Source: Orbicella franksi | Lineage: Eukaryota | DNA length: 64,000 nucleotides | Reading direction: 5' to 3' | NCBI GenBank assembly: GCA_964199315.1 | Contig: OZ116703.1 | Span: 31,806,001-31,870,000, forward strand | Shown: positions 1 to 11,840 of the stretch, in pieces | How the letters are laid out: each line of letters opens with the position of its first letter | How positions within the stretch are numbered: position 1 is the first letter of the stretch | The notes under the pieces: model-generated | Database searches by the model: none | Told to the model about the DNA's origin: nothing | Seen by the model: only the letters and a program-made list of their open reading frames with translations | Translations under genes and position numbers: made by a program

Positions 1-112
1 ATGCAGATTAAGCTGCAGTTTAGTTTAGTGTGACTGTAGTTGAACCTTACCCATAGTTTAATTTATCTATCATTGCTACCATTAGCTAGAAATAACTTAT
101 CCTAAAACCATT

Positions 113-484
113 GGATTATGTGTACTAAAGGCATCAGTGGTTGTGAGTGGATCAATACCCTTGATCGATACCCTCTATCAACACTCGATCGATACTCCAT
201 CGAAACCTCAGTTGACACTTGATCGACACTTCATTGACATCTAGGTTGAGAATCAACTTATTTTTGTAGACATGCCATTGAGTGTTGATCAATACATATG
301 AATGTCGGTTGACACTCTTTTGACTATCAACCAACTGTCAATCGCATGTTGATCGAGACGTTGATTGAGTGTTAGCTGAGTATCGATCAATATGTCCATC
401 AGTTGTCGGTCGAGAGGTCGACTGAGGGTCGATCAAGAGTATCACTTGACACTCGACTGCAGATGCCCTTAGTACACATCATCC
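113..484. mobile_element. Non-autonomous DNA transposon (MITE), hAT/P-like
   Basis: 23-bp terminal inverted repeats match 21/23 (ggattatgtgtactaaaggcatc at 113-135; gatgcccttagtacacatcatcc at 462-484). 8-bp flanks aaaccatt and gaaccatt (7/8) fit a target-site duplication. Interior has tcgatc/ttgac-rich subrepeats and no credible ORF. Confidence 0.75.
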
Positions 485-1749
485 GAACCATTTAGAGTAT
501 TGGGCCAACAAAACCAATATATGATACAGTATACTACTTGATACTTTTGAATAAATTAACTTTCCCTTTCTCATCCAACCCAAACACACAGCGCAGCAGG
601 GATCACTGTCGTGCGAAAAGCTTATGGAGGAGGCTGAAACTTTCCAACAATTTCTCCAGACACTTTTTATCAGTGTCCTTCCAGTGGCCCTTTTCCCCAA
701 GCTCCCTTCTCATGTCATATATCACAGTCATATACTTTTAATTTTTAAAATTTTTTATCCCTAGTTCATTCATTGTAAATCATATTCATAAGTATAGTTA
801 GAGCAGCTTTCCATCAGGACTTTTGACTTGCCTATTCTTTGTAACCTGCTTTGAGGTGGCTCACTACAGTTTTTCAGAGACTCTGTAGCACATGCTACAA
901 CTGCCTTCCAGATGTCAGTATTAGTTGCGCATGCAAAAATAACGGAAGTAACCTTAAGAAGAAACAAAAAAAACTTCAGCACTTGAATTGCGTTAAATCA
1001 CTTTGGTACAAAAAGGGATAATTTCAAACTGCTTTGAAGCAAGTCTCTAAGCCTAGGACCAAAAAAATATGCCAAAAAAGGTTGATACACATGCGGTACA
1101 AGAGTTCTAATTTTCTCTAACCTGCTTTCTCATGTGCGATAGATGGCATCACATAAGCATGCACTTAGATAAAAGACATGTGCAGTTCAATTCCTGCGCA
1201 AGGTTGTAAAAACCAGTCTTTGATCCACGATTGCTCGAAAACCTATTGTAACACCCATGATGAAATTTTCACATTTGATTTGCAGGGCAGAATCGTGTTT
1301 TGAGCCAAAATTTTAAAAAAAATCTTTAAAACAGATTTTGAGCTATTTTTGAAATAGGCAAAATTTCACATTTTCTTAGCTCATGAAAAATGTGTTTAAT
1401 TTACAGATTTTTTTTTTGTTTTCACTCTGCATAAATGTTTAATCAGACGGGTAGATTTTGAGAAAAACGTCATTAAACCTGCAAGTTCCCAGTCGTTCAT
1501 TTTGGCTATTCATTGACAATTAAATTGTTCAAGTATCACATACAATGGTGGAAGACTTAGCAAACAGTAATTTAAGAAAGCAAAAACATTTTGGTACATT
1601 TTTCAAAAGGAAGAAGTTGGACTCCTACACTGTGGTTAGCCACCTTCAATAAATCATATATGTATGTAGGTACCAGTATGTAAGTATTACATTCAGATTA
1701 TGAGCACACATATTAGAGGAATTGAAAGTAAGTTTTTCTTTTAATTTAC

Positions 1750-2196
1750 CTCCGTAGCACAAACAGACGGTCCTCGCACCGCAATAAGAAGCCACCATAT
1801 CAAACCAAACAGAATCCAGGACAGCACATACGAACCACAAAATATCAAGATCACCCATGGCCAGTGAAGATCAATCATTGTAGTGAATATATCAGCGAAG
1901 TACAGCTTCGTTTTCCTTGGTACATTCCTGGCTGACACTTTAAGAGATCCATTTTTACCGACCAAACGTTTCTTCCTGGAACGACTGCGAGAAGGTAATC
2001 GAGTGTGTTGATCGAAAGTTGGTGAAGAACATGGCGGATGAAGTGAAATTGGTGCTCGATTTCCTTGACGCTTCGATGATCGCATGCTTACCAGATTATC
2101 AGAAGAGAATGGTTCTATTCTAACGAACGATTCTTCTGCATCATTGGCATCACTTGTGTCGGCATGGCGATCAAAACTCCAGTTGTTAGATGCCAT
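1750..2196 (-). CDS. Inward-rectifier K+ channel (Kir) paralogue B, first coding exon only; the rest lies left of the window
   Basis: Translation contains RLVGKNGSLKV, slide helix FADIFTTMIDLHW, M1 helix and the extracellular Cys (RGPSVCATE). It ends at a phase-0 donor GAG|GTAAAT (1750|1749). I found no TIGYG exon in 1-1749. Confidence 0.9.
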
Positions 2197-2523
2197 TTAT
2201 CTGAGATGTTTGTGTGAGCTGTGACGGCTGTGACAGAAGAAGTCACGCTCTCTGAACTAGTACCCAATCTCAGACATTGAACTGGTCGCGTGGCTAAACC
2301 TGGGTGCCAGACGAAATTGCAGAGGCCTTGAAGTTAACATTTCGGATAAATCAAGGCTAAATGCTGTACAGTTGTCTCGTAGCTGTCTCGTATCGTCAAT
2401 TTGACTAACATTTTGTGTGGTGAGGGATTTTTGTTTATTACTGATAGTCTGTCTGCACAATTTTTCGCAGTCACTCAGTACATTTTCAGGGATCCTAAAT
2501 CCGGACTGAAAGCTAAGATGCAA

Positions 2524-2566
2524 CCGTGGACAGCTGTTTCGAGCTGGTTGGATTTCGTCAGCACGG
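2524..2566 (-). ncRNA. Minimal type-I hammerhead ribozyme motif of Penelope type; stem II degenerate
   Basis: Minus strand reads CCGUG-CUGACGA-AAUCCAACCAGCUC-GAAA-CAGCUG-UC-CACGG: perfect stem I, intact core, palindromic stem III and GUC cleavage triplet; stem II does not pair. Confidence 0.55.
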
Positions 2567-4057
2567 AGTAGCAGCAAAATATAGAGCAATCAGCACAAAG
2601 GCTAATTGTTTACTTAATTCTCATGGTCTGAATGACCTCAGATGAAACTGAAATCCATGTTTGTGCAAATGTCCTTCCCGTGTTAGCTCGTGTTCCCAGG
2701 CCTTAGCGCCCTGGTAGAACAACCCACCTACCACCTAGCCTTGATATATACAAGGAAAGAATTGTCCTTCCGTTTACTTCACTGCCCTGAGCACAATGAG
2801 AGCCTCCCAGAAGGCAGACATTGTCTTAGCTCGTCAAGCCAGCCAAGTAGAAAGTCAGTTGGAAAAACGAAAGAGGAGGGACTAGACAGCTCATTATTGT
2901 CTAGAAAGCGCTTTTTTTCTACATAAGAGTAGTAAAGTTCACAACTAATCAAATAAAAAAAAGTATTTCTCGACCTTCTTCAAAAATAACTTATTTATTT
3001 CAGGTCAAATTCCTGATCTTAAAATTATATTTCTGTGCACGTAAGAAAATAAATCACTCAAATTAGAAGTTCACTGAGAACCTTGTCGATGAAAAATGGT
3101 TTGCTGTTTGAATATCATTATTTACACTCATTACGTTATTTCTATGCGAGATAGGAATATTGCTAGGCTTGATTTATACCAGCCACTGTTTAGGAATGAA
3201 AGAAACCTGCATTCCTTCCCCGCAGTCTCTACTCGGGGAGGAAAGTGGGCCGAACTCGAGAGAGCGGCGGAAATCGAGCCTAGAATATTGCATGACGCAA
3301 AAATTCTACAAATTTTCTAAAAAGCCACCGAGTTTCATTTTCTCACTTGCCACTTACAATGGCTTCATTTAATTAACGCCTATTTAAACACACCTTCCAA
3401 GAAGACGTTTCTCCATCGTTGTGCAACCTCTACTGACTAAGATAACTTCTGTAAAGGTCGCCATGTTTAAGATTGAGCGCAAACGTTTTAGATCGCTACA
3501 AAAGTTAAAACAGGTCACTACGAATGACTTCAAACTAATTAATGATAGCTAGCAGTATCTAGCTAAAAAGCAATAATGTCAGTTATTTATTTTTACCTCG
3601 TCAAAGCTTGGATACGCGCGTGTGGATAGAATCAAGTTTAATTTTCGCTAGCGTGAATTTCCACGACAGCGGGACGCTTCCCAGAAAACGTGAGCAGGCT
3701 GTTAACTTTAACTCGTTTGCCCAGCATACAACTACGGCTAAAATAAAATTATCTGCCAAATTCTACTATTTTTCGTTTCAGCTGATAATCAACAACTTTT
3801 CTGATCACCACACAAAACATACTTGCGAGAACTTCCGTGTCATATCGTTTTATGATGTGTAAAAATTTTGCCTGTTTTAACGCTTATACAATGAAAAACT
3901 ATCATAAACGACTTCGTGCTATGATCAGAGCTATTTAAACGATGAATTTATCAAGCTGGTGCAAGAAAAACAAAGGGTCAATTCTTAATCTGAAATTTGA
4001 TGAAACAGAATTAACGATGGTATGGCGGATTATCGTGATACAAAAAGATTACCAATT

Positions 4058-4063
4058 TTTATT
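4058..4063 (-). terminator. Candidate polyadenylation signal for Kir paralogue A
   Basis: AATAAA on the minus strand about 450 nt after the stop codon; usage not verifiable. Confidence 0.35.
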
Positions 4064-4513
4064 GCGCAAAATCGAAATTCGAAAATGATTATCTAATTCG
4101 AATCGAAACGCAAATTTACCACAAGAAGTATTTTGATCTTGATTGCCATGTAGATATTCGCACCTTGATAAGCCGTTTGAGTTGTTAATTGCTGTGCAAA
4201 ACAAACACAAAAAGGTCAATCGGTTTACCGCCATGAAATTTCGATTAGCAGTCTTTGTGATTTAGTTCATGTGCGTATCAGTTCGAAAATGAAATCACTT
4301 CAGCTAGCTTGTGATTTAGCTTTTAAAAACTGAAATGAAATGGCGCTCTCGTTAATACCAAAATTACCAAACTGCTCACCCATATATAGTGCTTCATATT
4401 CCAAGCACTCATTTTACAAGGTCGCGAAAAAAATTTGCTCGCCGTGTCAAGCTATATATACACCTTATCATTCCAACACACCTTTCTTGTTTCTAATACC
4501 AACCTAACTTATG

Positions 4514-5920
4514 TTAAACATACGCAATTGTGTCTCCTCCGTTTGTTTCAAACCCAATATTTAATACTGTATCGGCAGGTCTTTGTTCTTCAGAGTCTGA
4601 ATCGTCGTCGACCTCTTCTTGCATTCCAAGGCTCGGCAAAGAAGCTTCTGAATTCATTTTAAACAATTTTCCTTCGTAATAGTCCTTAGCGGAAACCCGG
4701 GGGGTGGAAACCGGGCGAGTGTCATCGAAAACTGAAAAATCTACCCTGTACCTGCCAGACCTCCACTTACTCTCGTCCGTAGTGCTCACAAACTCATGGC
4801 CCCACAGGATTTCATCTGCGATATAGGATGTTTTCGCTTGAACTAGCATACTTGTTGCTTCTACTGTCCCTTCTAGAACCACGACGATCTCGAAATCGCA
4901 ATTACGCACGTCTTTCGGTCGCATTTCGTAGAGGGGGCTATTTTCGTCGATAACGTGAACTATGGTAAGTGGAAGAATCAGAAAGATTGTACTGTCTTCC
5001 AGCAAGTTCTCGTCACAGGTCCAGTCTATTCCGACGGGCAATTTCTGTTGATAAAACGGCAGTTCAATTCCTTCCCGAGTTTTTCTTTTACGAAAGAGGT
5101 ACACTCGAACGACCGCTTCTAAAATCTGACTCTTTCTAACGTCACCCACTCGAAACATGAGGCACATTTTGCCGTCACGCACGGCCACAACAGCGTTGCG
5201 AGAAAACAGAATCGTTTCCGCTCGGTTACGTGGACGAGAAAGTTTGGCGAAAATCAAACCCAACATAAATGCACCGATAATGAACCCGATCAGCGATTGC
5301 ACATTGAGTAAAACAACAGCTTCGGGGCAGTTAGGGGTGATTTGTCGACCACCGTAGCCAATAGTTGTTTGCGTCTCAAGAGAGAAGAGGAACGCACTTG
5401 TAAAGGAGTCAACATTATCGACACAAACGTTGCCTCCGCGAAAGTACGTAATAAGCCACCACAAAAATCCAAAACCCACCCAGCTCCCACAGTACATGGC
5501 AGTGTATACCAAAGTGATCCATCGCCATTTCGAGTCAATCATTGTTGTAAACAAATCAGAGATATACATGCCGTGTTTTTGTGGGACTTGTGATGCTACT
5601 ACTTTCAAACCTCCCTGCTTTCCGACGAGACGGCGTTGCTTGCCGTGTTTCGTCGACAGGACTCGCTTCGTTCTATTCTTTTTACTCCTTGCCTGCCGTG
5701 GTTTGTTCCTTCGAGGATCACTTTTCCCATTTGGCTGTTGTATAGTCACTTCTTCCAGTTCGTACTTTTCGCTACCGTCTCCGCCGGAGTCGTTCATGTT
5801 TGAGCAATCCGTGGACGATGCTCTCGAGTCTGAAAAATCCTCTATTTCTATCTGTTCCGCCTCTCCCCTTTGCCAGTGACGTCTAACTTGGTTGCTAGCC
5901 CTGTCTGAGTAAGACGACAT
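4514..5920 (-). CDS. Inward-rectifier K+ channel (Kir) paralogue A, 468 aa, single coding exon
   Basis: Full Kir signature: DLFTTMID slide helix, M1, SAFLFSLETQTTIGYGGR pore, Cys pair (VC...NCP), M2, FAKLSRPRNRAETILFS, RVGDVRKSQILEA and FEIVVVLEGTVEAT. Subfamily not assignable by eye. Confidence 0.97.
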   Translation of the reverse strand: MSSYSDRASNQVRRHWQRGEAEQIEIEDFSDSRASSTDCSNMNDSGGDGSEKYELEEVTIQQPNGKSDPRRNKPRQARSKKNRTKRVLSTKHGKQRRLVGKQGGLKVVASQVPQKHGMYISDLFTTMIDSKWRWITLVYTAMYCGSWVGFGFLWWLITYFRGGNVCVDNVDSFTSAFLFSLETQTTIGYGGRQITPNCPEAVVLLNVQSLIGFIIGAFMLGLIFAKLSRPRNRAETILFSRNAVVAVRDGKMCLMFRVGDVRKSQILEAVVRVYLFRKRKTREGIELPFYQQKLPVGIDWTCDENLLEDSTIFLILPLTIVHVIDENSPLYEMRPKDVRNCDFEIVVVLEGTVEATSMLVQAKTSYIADEILWGHEFVSTTDESKWRSGRYRVDFSVFDDTRPVSTPRVSAKDYYEGKLFKMNSEASLPSLGMQEEVDDDSDSEEQRPADTVLNIGFETNGGDTIAYV

Positions 5921-7446
5921 GTTTAATGATCGACCACTTGCAGTAACGAAACTCTAAAACTCTGCGTCAAACACTTCTGACTTCCCGTCGTAAAATATAA
6001 GCATGTGACAAGGGTCGCCAAGCTGTAGCCCTTGGCCCGCTGTCAGGAATTATTGGTCAATATTTAAGCCTACGTTAAAATGTAATTTTTAACAGATACA
6101 CGTCAAAGTATGCAACACAATCTCAACTTATATTTCATCAAATCTCGACTGTGAAAATTCGAGACTAGGCGCGAAAAAGCTATCAAAAACCGCGGCAAAA
6201 ACGTGAACAATCGAGCGTAAACCACAATTACCCTATCATACCTGACAAATTGGTTTCCTCGTTCTTAGAAGTGTACACAATATTTAATTTTGTTTATCGA
6301 TATTCGCTGCAACGCCTGTTCATTGCTATGCTCTTTCGTTTATTGTGTTGGTGTACTTATTTTCCAGCTCTTGGGAATTTTACTGAATGCCGTGATCTAT
6401 TTGCATTAGCCATGAATTTAGCATATATTTGCATGCCCCAAGGTGACTTTTTCACTTTCGGAAACAATATTCTGTCACGTACTTCATGAAAATAAACATT
6501 GCACACTACACGTGGAAGTGCGGTGCCATTTTTTTTTTCTCGCACACGCTATTGCGCTTTTGTAGGACTGACCTTTCTCAAAAGAGCTGTTTATTAGTAC
6601 ACTTTCTTCGATGCACTCACTTCCTTGAGTCACTGTGTAGGGTTATCCTACCTGTGAAATTTTACTTGTAAACCCGGGCCATCTTTTGCCCTTCAGCTAG
6701 GGTTAACCCGCTTGCTAGGGTCACCCTCCCTCCTTGTAAACAGGCTTTTAGTGGAAAAGTGAAAACGAAATCGTTGTAAGGTGTTGAATTGTCAGTTTTA
6801 CTCTCTGTAACACTCCATGTCATGACATGCTGTTTCGACAATGGTTATTACGCAAACAGCGTAAAAGTGTACGCGACATTGGCGTTGTTTGATGGATCGA
6901 GGCTCACGGTCTTTTAGCAATTCAAAAAAAAAAAAAAATTATGACTTAGGTAATGCCCATGGTTAAATTCTCTTTTCCAAGGTATTTAGAGTGTTTGTGA
7001 TGACTATATATAAAAAACAAGAACAAAAAAAAATGACTGAGGCATTCCTGTTACTAGCTACGGCTCTGGCTTCAATCAAGCAACAGAACTGCCACCATTA
7101 TCCGTACTACGTTTTGACATTGTACTTAACGTGCGGTTACACTCAAAGGGTCTGATCTGGAAACAATCAGAAAGTTCACCCAGGTAGGCGGGTGAACCCT
7201 AGCTGGAGTGTTTACCAGGGAAAAAGTTAACCCACCTGCCAGGGTAATCCTAGCACGCAGATAGGGTAACTCGCCTACCTTTTCTTGAGAGTGAAACCAT
7301 TACACTGACAATTTCTTGTTCTCAAAAGCATAAATGTGAGAGTGAACTGATGCTGATGGTGAACTCGAAAAGTTAATGAGTACGAACTCGGACGGTGTGA
7401 AGTCAATTGGGTGCGAAACCTGCGCAGTTTAGCTGTTTCGACAAGG

Positions 7447-7958
7447 CCGTTTTTGAACTTGAGGACTTACTAGTGAAACCCGAGTCTACTTATAGCTTTA
7501 GAAAATCCTTAAATTTTGAGGTGGATAGACCAAGAACAGAAGTGGGAAGATCTTCTTTTAAACATCGTGCTGCATTATCTTGGAATTTCCTTCCCGATGA
7601 CATCAAGTCTTGCTCTAACCTTGATTCTTTCAAGAAAAAACTTAAGGCAAATAAGAGTCTCTTAAATTCTATCAGTTTCACTAAAGCGTCCTGCTGCGTT
7701 ACTAACAAATCTCTGGACTTCAAATATTTTTGATTAATTAATTAATTTATTTTTACTGTACATTGTTATTAATTCATCTATTTTACCTATCATTATTTAT
7801 TCAGCTATTGTAAATAAATTTTGGATCATGTATTATGTAGGATCTTATTGTAATTTACTATCTTAGATAGTGCAGGTCCACATCAGGACTTAACGTCTTG
7901 CCAATTGATCTGTAACCTGCTTTATCAAATAAATCATGTATGTATGTATGTATGTATG
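7447..7958 (+). mobile_element. 5'-truncated LINE (L2/CR1-like): ORF2 C-terminus, 3' UTR and (TATG)n tail
   Basis: Translation RPRTEVGRSSFKHRAALSWNFLP...SFKKKLK is typical of L2/CR1 ORF2 ends. An AT-rich UTR follows, then AATAAA and (ATGT)n ending at 7958. 5' boundary approximate; no TSD found. Confidence 0.7.
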
Positions 7959-8957
7959 AACAAAACGACGCTTCAATGCCGATTGGCATTATGGGTAGTA
8001 ATAGTTTAATGCTTTATTGAGGTTCAAGGTGTTTCAGTAAGAAGGATAGAGAAAGCATAAATACACGTGTTTGGGCTGTTTTCTTTTATTACGTTGAAAC
8101 ACCTTGAATTTTAATTAAGCAACAGTAAACCACCATTAGCCGTAATATTACCTTTCGACATTCTTCTTCCTCCAAGTTGCCCCACCTCCTTCATTGCTGA
8201 TGATTCTTGTAGAGGCGAAGATTTATTGTTGCGTACTCCTATACGCTTTTGTCACGACAAACTTTCTCAATGTGGCTGTTTACGCCGTTATTTCCGCTAG
8301 CCCGACCTTTGTTACCATTCCCTTCTGATAGACGGAAACTGCAAAACCGTGGCAACATGAGATAAAACTGTGATAGCGCAAGCACAGTATGACTTTCAAA
8401 TACGAGGGAAAATGGAATGATACCAAAAATCAAATATCTGATGCCTTCCTTGTTTTGTGATAATCTTGCTTTGATCTACGCAGTATTCTACTTTCAAATC
8501 AAACCAATGTAACTTGATTGCTATATCATAACCTTATTATATGTTCAAGATAATCGATGACCATAAATACTGTATGTATTCATGGTGATGCAAATAAAGC
8601 TAGTTGCTGTTGTTGTATGTTCTTTGACGCAAAAAAAAAAAAATGACTAGGAATAGGTCTAGGAACATTCATAAAAAGAAAACTAGAAACAAAGTAAACT
8701 CCCCGTTAGAGCTTACCTGTGAAAGAGTAAGAGAGAACCATCAATAACTGAGGACTGTATTTATCTATGTAAGAAACTACTTATGACTTTTAACAACGTA
8801 AACAGATCGATAAACAAAGGAATTACTGTTTAACATCATCGATTCTGCATTCGTCTCATTGTTTTGGAAAATGAAAACGCCATTGTTTTTTTTGGGAAGA
8901 AACAAACCTGAACAGATCATAAAAGAAAATCAAATTTGTACTAAACATGAATTTTTC

Positions 8958-9056
8958 TGTAGTTCGTATTGTGTGATCGTCCGGGTGAGGGTAGTTCTGA
9001 AAAGAACTGTTGTTGGTGACTGACGTTTCGACAACCTGAGCAGAAGTCATCTTCAA
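8958..9056 (-). mobile_element. Penelope-like element terminal-repeat fragment with decayed hammerhead
   Basis: Minus strand reads UUGAAGA-UGAC...GUC-GAAA-CGUC-AGUCA, followed by the segment translating as NYPHPDDHTIRTT. Family assignment is from recalled coral repeats. Confidence 0.55.
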
Positions 9057-9072
9057 TGTGAAGTGGGGAACC

Positions 9073-9445
9073 GGCCGGGGGTACTCTCAATAATGGCTAA
9101 AGCAGGGAGGCTCCGCTCAGTTGAAAGGGGTAGCTTTTTTCAGGTTTCAGATATATAAAAGAGGAGGAATTTCACAAGTTGAGGTATTTGAAAGGGTAGG
9201 GAAATCTATCATTTAGGTATTTAAAGAGGCCTTTAATTCAATTATCTCGAACAGACGCACCTTTTGGCTGTATCCGGTAATGTTTGAAGTTCTCCCGTAA
9301 AATTGTTCATTATTTCATTCCAAGGGTTTAGAAAAGGGATACAGTGTTGGTAAGTAGAAATGTGAACGGGGTACCTTTTCTGTCTAAATGGTATACAAAA
9401 GGGTAATGGGTTGGACATCGGGACGGGGCTTCCCCGTATCAAACT
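9073..9445. mobile_element. GGGGGTACTC-headed MITE-like repeat
   Basis: Starts ccgggggtactc, has repeated gaaaggggta(g/c) motifs, and resembles the elements at 26859, 49303 and 51689. Confidence 0.5.
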
Positions 9446-9455
9446 TCAGTTCTAC

Positions 9456-9526
9456 TTCAGAACTACCCTCACCCGGACGATCACACTATGCGAACTACTG
9501 ATAGTCCTGGGTTCAAACCATTTACT
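9456..9526 (+). mobile_element. Second Penelope-like terminal fragment, inverted relative to 8958-9056
   Basis: 9456-9497 is the reverse complement of 8960-9001 at 40/42 positions. Confidence 0.55.
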
Positions 9527-9840
9527 ATGAATTGTTCTCTCAGCCGCTGGCCTGAACCAATATCGTCTCCTAACTTAGGTAAGACTATTCTGATAAGGTT
9601 CTGGTTCATGGATCTCGGACGTACGAAAATCCGAGAACCGTTCCAGAACTGAGTGAGCTTCAAGAACTTCAACATAATCTTCTGCAAAAGTAAAACAAAC
9701 TTATGCAACGGAGGCCTTGGGGGAATTTAGTTCCATGGCTGAGCGGGAGGTTCCGAATAATAGGGGAGGGCTTTCCCGCGCCACAAATCTCTCTTAGTGT
9801 TTCTCTCGATATCAGCAATGCCTCTAGTCTGGACTTAAGT

Positions 9841-10104
9841 GGGGTAGCCTAATCAGTTAGCAAGCGGGATCGGGAGTCCAGATCGAGCGGTCTGGGTTCG
9901 AGCCCTCAGGGCCGGGGACATTGCGTTGTGTTTCTGAGCCTTTACAGCACCTTTGTCCACCCAGGGGTATAAATGGGTACCGGCAAATGCTGGGGGTAAC
10001 CCTGTGATGGACCAGCATCCCATACAAGAGGGAGTAGAAATACTCCCGGTCGCTTCATGTTACAGTAACTGGGATAAGCTCAAGATGTATAGGCCACTGG
10101 CCTG
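9841..10104 (+). mobile_element. tRNA-derived SINE (same family as 26118-26403)
   Basis: B-box GGTTCGAGCC at 9895-9904. Body shares gtataaatgggtacc...gggggtaacc...gatgga..agcatccca with the minus-strand copy at 26118-26403. Confidence 0.7.
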
Positions 10105-11479
10105 ACGCCGAAGTTTTTTGACTTAGTGGGTGAGTGTAGTGTTATATGCGCAACTGGCAATGAACGTACACGTTGCGTCTTGCTCACGAAGATTTTCCGA
10201 ATCACACTGCATGCAGTAAAAACAGGCAGGTGAAATGAAACTACGACCGTTTACCAATGTGTTGACTGTTCGCCTCTAATAGACCAGATTCGTATTCTCG
10301 CTATTGGACCAGAGCTAGCTTGCAACTTTCCTAGTCCCTAGCTATAGGCCTCAATATTTTGCCGTGGCCAATCGTTTCGGGTCGTGTGGTCCGGGCCGTT
10401 CGTTTTCGGTTACGTCATCGAAATCAATTGACCGTGAAGGCCTGGGAGAAAGCCGTACAGGAACAAGGCAAGCTTGCGACAAAGGCTAGTGCGGGGAGTC
10501 TTTTCAAATGCAAATGACATTTACCTCTTTTTATTCCTCCGCATGAGCCTCCATTGCAAGCTTTCAGTAAAACTGATAATTCAACACCTTACCACAATTT
10601 TACTTTCCTCCGATCCCTTTTGAGCAAATTATAGACTAAACGTCTTGCCTCACGTGGTAATGGCTGTGAAAGGTTTCTCACATATATACCAAGGCCGGTT
10701 CGCATCACGCTTTCTTGAGAGATCAATCGAGTTCGCTCCCTATTCTGTTCCCAGGAGTTAACGCTTTTCAACCTAAAACGGTTGAGAAACATCAACCGTA
10801 TCAACCCAACCCGGTGGCGGTTGAAACGGTTGATCCCAATCTTGTCCCAATAGAACACGACCTAAGCTACCTCGAGCAATGCAAATTGGCGCGATCATCG
10901 CTCAATGATTTTAAAATGTTGCTATAGCCGAGCTCCGGAGGCCGGAAGCGAAGAAAAGGAAAACAAAAAGGAAACCCATGCATGACCCCATGAGTGGATT
11001 TTCTCCTGGTTGCAATAGCTATCGCTTTTGGTCGTGGGCGCGCACGCACGACGATGTCGAGCAACATGGCGGTCATACTCCTGCGAGCTAATAGGCTGCC
11101 GAGACATGCAGCCTTGGTTTATACCTGACTTTTTAGATATTGGACATCCATGTTATAGTCAATTGACACCTGTCAAAACAAGGTATCTGCTGACCCGTAT
11201 CATGTGACCGTATCGCGGGCTCAAGTTTAGTTTTATTGTTCGGAAGCCGGTTAACGCATCCCAAAATGTTAACCGAAGTATAAATTTTTCTTGTAATATT
11301 GAATGCTTTTAACTGCATAAGTTTTGTGTAGTTTGAGGTTATTCAAACTCAAAACAGAAGGCCAAAAAATACGTACAGAAAACCTAACCGCAAAGTTACA
11401 AAACTCAAGTCAACTTCTCGCTTATCCTAGCCTTTGAGCTTATCGGGTTTCCAACAACCCGACTAGGAGCGAGCTTTTA

Positions 11480-11840
11480 GGCGTGGGGCGTGGCTATGTT
11501 TCCGGGTTTCGCGAGCACATCTTTTCTTCTCTGCGCTCGCAGCCAGAAGACGTCAGACCTACTAACATTACTCACAAATTTCCAGGAGTTCTAATTGCTG
11601 AACCGAGCCAAAACTAATTTTTTGGTTAGACCACAGAGGTCGTCTGGTTAGACCAAAAATTAACAACCTCCAAGCAGCTGCTTGTCAACAAAGCTTTCAA
11701 TTTGGCGCGGTTACTAGGCGATTTGACAGGACGATCTTGGTTTCGCCTATCACACGTATACACGCTAACGATTGACTTCTAGTTGAGTCTTTCGGTTTCT
11801 GTTTGCCGTGTCGTTGAATTGGAGCCCTCGTTATAGCAAA
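11480..11840 (+). promoter_or_regulatory. Probable promoter and non-coding first exon of the SMCHD1-like gene
   Basis: CpG-richer patch with GC box ggcgtggggcgtggc (about 11481) and E2F-consensus TTTGGCGC (11701-11708), ending in a donor AAA|GTAAGT at 11840|11841. The ATG-bearing exon has an acceptor at 15634, 37 nt before the ATG. The pairing is inferred. Confidence 0.5.

Noticed and set aside
7407-7733. 108-aa ORF as a host gene
   Set aside because: It is the C-terminal end of a LINE ORF2, followed by a retrotransposon tail.
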